Below are positions 59,052-64,000 of a stretch of DNA of 64,000 nt, in pieces. Source of the stretch: Candidatus Hydrogenedentota bacterium (GTDB lineage: Bacteria; Hydrogenedentota; Hydrogenedentia; Hydrogenedentales; SLHB01); assembly GCA_963674865.2 (NCBI GenBank), contig CAXXYE010000001.1, positions 320,001 to 384,000 of the forward strand, in the 5' to 3' direction. The notes beneath the pieces are model-generated. The model ran no database searches, was not told where the DNA came from, and saw only the letters and a list, made by a program, of their open reading frames with translations. Position numbers and translations under genes: made by a program. The first letter of the stretch is position 1, and every line of letters begins with the position of its first letter.

Positions 59052-60938
59052 TCAGTTCTCGGCGGAGTGCAGGCCCCCGGCGCCCGCGCGGAATTCGATG
59101 TTGGTCTTCTCGGGATCGTCGGGATGCTTCTTCGAGCAGTTCCAGAGGCAGGCGCCGCAATGGACGCATTTCTCCCGGTCGAACAAGGGCACGCCCCCTT
59201 CGGGATTGGTGGTGATGGCTTGGCCGGAGCACAACTCGATGCAGATCTTCTCGCCGCACGATGCGCAGAGGTCGGGCGAGACGAATCGAACGTGGTCGGC
59301 ATAGCCGTCGGGCGCCTGCACCTTGCCGCCCAGGAGGAGGGCGTCTTGATGGGAGATGAGCAGCTTGCCGTCCCTGGGGATCTCCGGCCAGCCGCACCGC
59401 GTCATCAGGGCGTCGTGCAGCGAGTCGCCCTTGGTGGTGCATTCCTTCCGGATCGCCTCGATCGCGCCCGGCGCGATGCGGCCCTTGTAGTAGTCCTCGA
59501 AAGTGGGGACGCGCTCGGGAGGCGGCACGGCCCTGCCGGGCACGTGGAGCAGGCCCTTCGTCATGCCCGCGAGTCCCATGCCGATCATCCCCGCAATGAA
59601 GCTCCGATTGAAGCCGTCGCGAGATTTCTCCGCGATCTTGGCCTCTTCCTCGACCCAGCTCTCGCGGCGCCGGTTTACGTACGCCGCGTCGAGGTTCTCT
59701 TTGGTGAAGGTTTTGCCGGCTCGGAGCAACTCGAGCACGCCCTCGGCGAGAAGCGCGCCCGTGGTCCATGCTTCGTCCACGCCGGAGCCCTTGAGCACAT
59801 TCGTGCTGCCTGAGCCTTCGCCAATGCGCGCATAGCCGTCCCCGGCAAGGTGCGGCTCGCCGCGCCTTCCCGCCTCCTGGAGGGATTTGGCCCCCCACGA
59901 GCGCAGAGAGCCGCCTTCGAGATAGCGCCAGAGGTACGGGTGCATCATCCAGTGTTGCAGAAGGCGGTAGGAGGTCCGGACAGGACAGTCGTACCAGGAT
60001 GGCACGAAGATGCCCAGCGAGGCGACGTTGTCTGGATACACGTACATGAATCCGAAGATCTCAGGTTCGGGATATCCAAATGTGTGGAGCACCGTGCCGG
60101 GCTTGAGGTCGCAGCCTTCGGGGAGGTCAACGACCATCTTCATGCCCACGGCCCAGTCACGGCGATGATGGCCCTCCGGCAGGCCGAACCTCTCGTCCAG
60201 GGCGCGGCCGACGGGCCCGACGGGGCCATCGCCGATGACGGTGAGCGCTGCGTGAATATCCATGCCGGGCATGAAACCGGCCGCGGGATTGCCGTCCTTG
60301 TCGGTGCCTTGGTCGGCCAGGCGTACGCCGGTGACTTTGCTGTCTTCAACAAGCGGTTCGGCGACGGGCGTCCCGGGCCAGATCTGGACGGCGCCGGACA
60401 TCATGAGTTGCGAGCCGACCCATTGGTTCAACTGGCCGATGCTGAAGAGCATGCCGCCTTCCTTGCGCAAGAACGGCGGCGTGTAGGGCAGTTTCATGGC
60501 GTGATGCTCGCAGGGCAGCATCCATTTGAAGGTTCGGATCGCCGCGTCGGCCATGCGCATAAGAAAGGGCCTGCGGCTGGCGCCCACGGGGTCGAGCAAG
60601 TAGAGAACGCGCTCCTCGGTGACGGGCGTGGACAGGGGAACCTGGCCCGGGTCGAAGTCGGGGAAAGATTCCCGGATGCCACGCGCCTCGGTGACTACGC
60701 CGGACACGCCAAAACCGATGTCGTCGGCCCGCTCGTAGCACAGCACCTGGAGGGGCATGCCCGGCATAACCGTGCTCTCGATGGCCGGCGTGCCGTCTTC
60801 ATTCACGAGTTGGCGCGACAAGGTCGTCAGGAATCCCGCCGTCGCCGGGCCGAATCCGACGCAGACGAGATCAACGTCCATACTCTGGCGCGCGATTTCC
60901 GGTTGTTCTTGCGGGGCGGCTGCCACGTCTTTTCTCAC
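59052..60938 (-). CDS. ETF:quinone oxidoreductase-like flavoprotein with fused ferredoxin (FixC-FixX type)
   Basis: VGFGPATAG, HTFGYP, WGAKSL, C-terminal CxxCx4Cx3C and CxxCxxCx3C. Confidence 0.88.
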   Translation of the reverse strand: MRKDVAAAPQEQPEIARQSMDVDLVCVGFGPATAGFLTTLSRQLVNEDGTPAIESTVMPGMPLQVLCYERADDIGFGVSGVVTEARGIRESFPDFDPGQVPLSTPVTEERVLYLLDPVGASRRPFLMRMADAAIRTFKWMLPCEHHAMKLPYTPPFLRKEGGMLFSIGQLNQWVGSQLMMSGAVQIWPGTPVAEPLVEDSKVTGVRLADQGTDKDGNPAAGFMPGMDIHAALTVIGDGPVGPVGRALDERFGLPEGHHRRDWAVGMKMVVDLPEGCDLKPGTVLHTFGYPEPEIFGFMYVYPDNVASLGIFVPSWYDCPVRTSYRLLQHWMMHPYLWRYLEGGSLRSWGAKSLQEAGRRGEPHLAGDGYARIGEGSGSTNVLKGSGVDEAWTTGALLAEGVLELLRAGKTFTKENLDAAYVNRRRESWVEEEAKIAEKSRDGFNRSFIAGMIGMGLAGMTKGLLHVPGRAVPPPERVPTFEDYYKGRIAPGAIEAIRKECTTKGDSLHDALMTRCGWPEIPRDGKLLISHQDALLLGGKVQAPDGYADHVRFVSPDLCASCGEKICIELCSGQAITTNPEGGVPLFDREKCVHCGACLWNCSKKHPDDPEKTNIEFRAGAGGLHSAEN

Positions 60939-60944
60939 CTCACG

Positions 60945-63098
60945 TTATAGGGGGTAGTCCAGTGCTTCAGGGATCATGACGTTGGCCACGGCCTGCGCGG
61001 CGCGGTCTTTCGCGAGGCGTGCCCCGGTGAGGCAGCCGTCCATCTTCACGCGCATGCGCGTGAACTCTTCGAGGCCGTCGAGCTTGACGCAAGGGCCGGC
61101 CTTCTCGTGGGTGGCCTCATCGCAACAGGCCTCGCACGGCTCGTGGTCCCAGGCGGGGTGCCGGCTGTATCCGAAGACAAGCTCCGCGCAGATGCGGCCG
61201 ACTTCGCCGGCGGCGCGCGCCGACTGGACGTGGCACAGGTCGGTGTAGAAGTTCACCAGGCCGGTAAGGCCTTCGGCCAGAGTCGGATTCTCCGGGCCTT
61301 TCTTCTCCAGCTCGAGCACATCAAGGATTAGATGGCGCGCGGCAAGGAGCCAGCTCAGAGCGTCGGCTAGGGCGAACGTCACACCTTGGCGCGGGCTGTG
61401 ATAGAGCTTCCCGCCGTCGGCATCCTTGGCCCCTTGGAGGTGGTTTAGCGACCACAGCCACATCTCCATGGCCGTGGCCAGGGTGCACGCGCCTGTGCCG
61501 GGCCGCTGGGAGGCGATGCGGCGCATCTCCTTGGCCCAAATGCCGAACTGCGCGAGGAAGACCTTGTCCACCATGGTGATGCTCAACTGGCGGCGCTGCA
61601 CGGCCTCCGGGCCTTCGTAGGTGGCTTCAAGCTGGGCGTCCATCCATTTGTGGCCGAGGAAGCCGGGGCAATCCTCCGTGATGCCGTAGCCGCCTACCAG
61701 ACTGACGGCTTCGCGCATGACGGTGGCGCCATAGCCGGTGTTCCAGAGCTTGCAGGCTGGGCAGAGCACGTTGGCCTGTGCGTCGAGGACGAGGAAGCGC
61801 ACGAGGGGATTGTCTTCCAGCGCCTTGAGGCGCTCGCTATCGCGTTCCTGTTCGGGTTGAGCGCGAAGCTCGATGCATTCGATGGCGTCCTTCTGCAGGC
61901 GCCGAAGGACTTTGAACTGCGCCATGCCGGGCTTGACGCCTTGCTCGGCGAAGATCTTGTCTTTGTCGCGTTCGAGCGGATCGAGTTCATCGAACAGGCG
62001 GGCGGCCTCGAAGCCTAGGGACGCGCTGGCCTCGCCGGCGGCCCACACATCCACGAGGCGGTGGAGCGAATCTTCCTTCTGCTGCAGGCCGAAGCTGTGC
62101 CGGGGACTGCCCTGTTCGACGCCTTCGCCGCCGCGGAAACGCTCGCGGTGGTAACGAATAACCGGCTCGATGGCAGACAGGAGTTTGGCGGAGGTCATAA
62201 GAGCGACGGTAACGCGCGTGCGCCGGAACACGGCGTCGATCACCTCGCCGTGGCTGTGATTCGGGACGATGACGCCGTCCTGAACCGTGTATCCGCCGAT
62301 GATGCGGCTGGCCGGGACCTTGAGGCTGAGAACGGGATCGCGTGTCGAGGAGAGCTGGTGAACCAGTTTGCGTGTCGGCGTTCCGCGGTCGAACAGGCCC
62401 GGGTCGGACTCTTCGAGCACGATCATGCACGAGCCTTTGATGCGCTCGTCATCCGAATCGACGGCCGCGGCGACGAAGTCGGCGAAACCCATGTTGGTGA
62501 TGAAGCGGCCGCGCTTGTCGACTTGGAGGATGGGCTCCTTGCCGTCCTCCCACTCGACGATGCGCATCTTGCCGCTGACGCGGTTGGTTTCGACGCCGAC
62601 GTAAGGGAGAGGCTCCGTCAACGCGAAGGCGCCGCGCCACGTCTTGCGGTCCTCGCCGGGCTGGGCGGGGGCGCAGCGGGCCATATAGGTCTGCTGCTGC
62701 TCGGGCGTGCCGCGCTCGTGGATAGGCGCAAGGGCCAGATTGCCCGCGAGGCTGCACGTGGCGGCGCCGGCGTCGACCCAGGCCAACTCGAAGGCGACGA
62801 GGGCCATGGCGAAGTTCTTGGGCCCTTCGATGAATCCGCCGTACTCCGGATCCAGAAAACACGCCGACACTCCGGAGGAGTCGAACACGCCGAGAAGTTG
62901 CGCCTTATCGTCCGTCCATTCGTGGGAGTTGCGGGCGCCGTTCGCTACGAGATGGGCCACAGGCCCCCGGGCCACGGCCCGGGTGGATTGAACCAGCATC
63001 TGGAGGTCGTACCGATCGCCGAAGCGCCACATGATCTGGCGAATATCATCGCCGGGCAGTGTGCGCAGGGATTCAGATTCACGAGCAGTATCTTGCAT
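60945..63098 (-). CDS. Large acyl-CoA dehydrogenase family protein
   Basis: FALTEP, RFITN, GGYG, TYEGPEAVQ (catalytic Glu). AGAGGA RBS before MQDTA. Confidence 0.9.
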   Translation of the reverse strand: MQDTARESESLRTLPGDDIRQIMWRFGDRYDLQMLVQSTRAVARGPVAHLVANGARNSHEWTDDKAQLLGVFDSSGVSACFLDPEYGGFIEGPKNFAMALVAFELAWVDAGAATCSLAGNLALAPIHERGTPEQQQTYMARCAPAQPGEDRKTWRGAFALTEPLPYVGVETNRVSGKMRIVEWEDGKEPILQVDKRGRFITNMGFADFVAAAVDSDDERIKGSCMIVLEESDPGLFDRGTPTRKLVHQLSSTRDPVLSLKVPASRIIGGYTVQDGVIVPNHSHGEVIDAVFRRTRVTVALMTSAKLLSAIEPVIRYHRERFRGGEGVEQGSPRHSFGLQQKEDSLHRLVDVWAAGEASASLGFEAARLFDELDPLERDKDKIFAEQGVKPGMAQFKVLRRLQKDAIECIELRAQPEQERDSERLKALEDNPLVRFLVLDAQANVLCPACKLWNTGYGATVMREAVSLVGGYGITEDCPGFLGHKWMDAQLEATYEGPEAVQRRQLSITMVDKVFLAQFGIWAKEMRRIASQRPGTGACTLATAMEMWLWSLNHLQGAKDADGGKLYHSPRQGVTFALADALSWLLAARHLILDVLELEKKGPENPTLAEGLTGLVNFYTDLCHVQSARAAGEVGRICAELVFGYSRHPAWDHEPCEACCDEATHEKAGPCVKLDGLEEFTRMRVKMDGCLTGARLAKDRAAQAVANVMIPEALDYPL

Positions 63099-63364
63099 GG
63101 GATAGTCCTCTCTCCGCAGTGTTGTGACGCGGAATGGTAGCGAATCCCCTTTTGCTGAGTCAACGAAGGGGTGGTGTCCGCATCGCGGGATAACTCGACC
63201 GCGCCGCGCACACGGCGCTCTGAAACGGCCTCGTCTCGCGCTGTCCACCTACCAAGGCGGTGAGGGCCTCGGTTTCGCCGCGGTATTCGCTTCCAATGAC
63301 TTGACGCGTGGTGCAACGCCCGGACACGTCGTCTCGATTGAGCGCCCTGATGCGGATTGCCCGG

Positions 63365-63457
63365 AGCCCCGAACGGGGCGGCCGTATGTAGCCGTGGGTG
63401 AGCGAAGCGAGCCCACGGACAGAGGCTCTCCCCATCAAGAGCCCCGAACGGGGCGAT
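63365..63457 (+). repeat. REP-like tripartite hairpin element (variant copy 3)
   Basis: AGCCCCGAACGGGGCG ... CCGTGGG-tgagcgaagcgag-CCCACGG ... AGCCCCGAACGGGGCGA. Confidence 0.7.
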
Positions 63458-63609
63458 AGCGCCGTTGCTTCACAGCCAAATGTGCTCATACCGTGGGCCT
63501 TCAGCGGTTTGATATCCCGCGCGGAATCCGAAACCGAACCATCGGGCCGCCACCGCAGAACGAGATGCGCGTTGTCGGCCGGCCATCGGTGCAGGCATGG
63601 CGACGCCGT

Positions 63610-64000
63610 CTACGGCTCTTTCCTGAGTCTCCGGAATCCGCGCACGAGACGGTTTCCGAAGGGGGCAAGCAGGGCGGGGTGGAGGCGGTGGAGCCACCAG
63701 GGCAGGCGGCCGTGGGTGAAGGGGAAGACGATGACGGCGCGGTTCTTGGCTACGCCGCGGAGAATGGCCCGGGCGGCCTTGTGGGCGGCCATCATCTTGA
63801 CGGGAATCATGCCATACACCTTGCGCCGGTCGGCGTTGACTACTTGGGCGCTCTCGTAAATGGCCGTGTCGACGAAACCGGGGCAGACCACGCTTACCTT
63901 CACGCCCAGGTCTGCCGCTTCGCAGCGTAGCGATGTGGACAGCCCGACCACTGCGTATTTGCTTGCCGCGTAAGGAGTTGCCGTCGGACAGCCGATGAGG
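63610..64000 (-). CDS. Short-chain dehydrogenase/reductase, C-terminal part (5' end outside the window)
   Basis: YAASK (YxxxK) followed by VKVSVVCPGFVDT. Confidence 0.88.
   Translation of the reverse strand, partial: LIGCPTATPYAASKYAVVGLSTSLRCEAADLGVKVSVVCPGFVDTAIYESAQVVNADRRKVYGMIPVKMMAAHKAARAILRGVAKNRAVIVFPFTHGRLPWWLHRLHPALLAPFGNRLVRGFRRLRKEP

Noticed and set aside
58966..59898. Long N-terminal extension of the 581-aa ORF containing EtfB
   Set aside because: It is an alternate-frame overlap with the ETF-QO gene. The real start is MSNGY at 58965 with an RBS.

Overview
GC-rich bacterial chromosomal window. The gene mix (membrane-anchored ECF sigma with a long C-terminal extension, prepilin/DUF1559 protein, sulfatase, heparinase-like and URO-D-like proteins) suggests a PVC- or Hydrogenedentota-like organism; this is inference only. 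Most of it is housekeeping: PMM/PGM, pyrR-pyrB-pyrC, queA, NAD kinase, nadE, comEC, system II cytochrome c biogenesis, an acyl-CoA dehydrogenase/ETF cluster and glycosyltransferase clusters, plus a DUF4160/DUF2442 pair and an IS200-type element. The most unusual locus is a tightly coupled five-gene minus-strand operon (11346 to 2642). It encodes a B12-binding radical-SAM homologue lacking the whole CxxxCxxC motif, a FabF-like ketosynthase that keeps Cys but has His->Gln and other active-site changes, a multi-TM GAF-PAS histidine kinase, a paralogous REC-GAF-PAS kinase with Gln at the phospho-His position, and a sigma54 response regulator. This looks like a candidate signalling system built from pseudoenzymes. 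Also notable: a nested set of non-autonomous elements (33886-34203), a terminator-type attenuator without a canonical PyrR site upstream of pyrR, an unannotated 47-aa ORF before comEC, tandem TMTC-like glycosyltransferases, a SemiSWEET gene inside a divergent etf operon, and several dispersed repeat families. About six single-base frameshifts suggest assembly indel errors, so single-codon claims need read-level checks. All family calls come from motifs read by eye; no database search was run.
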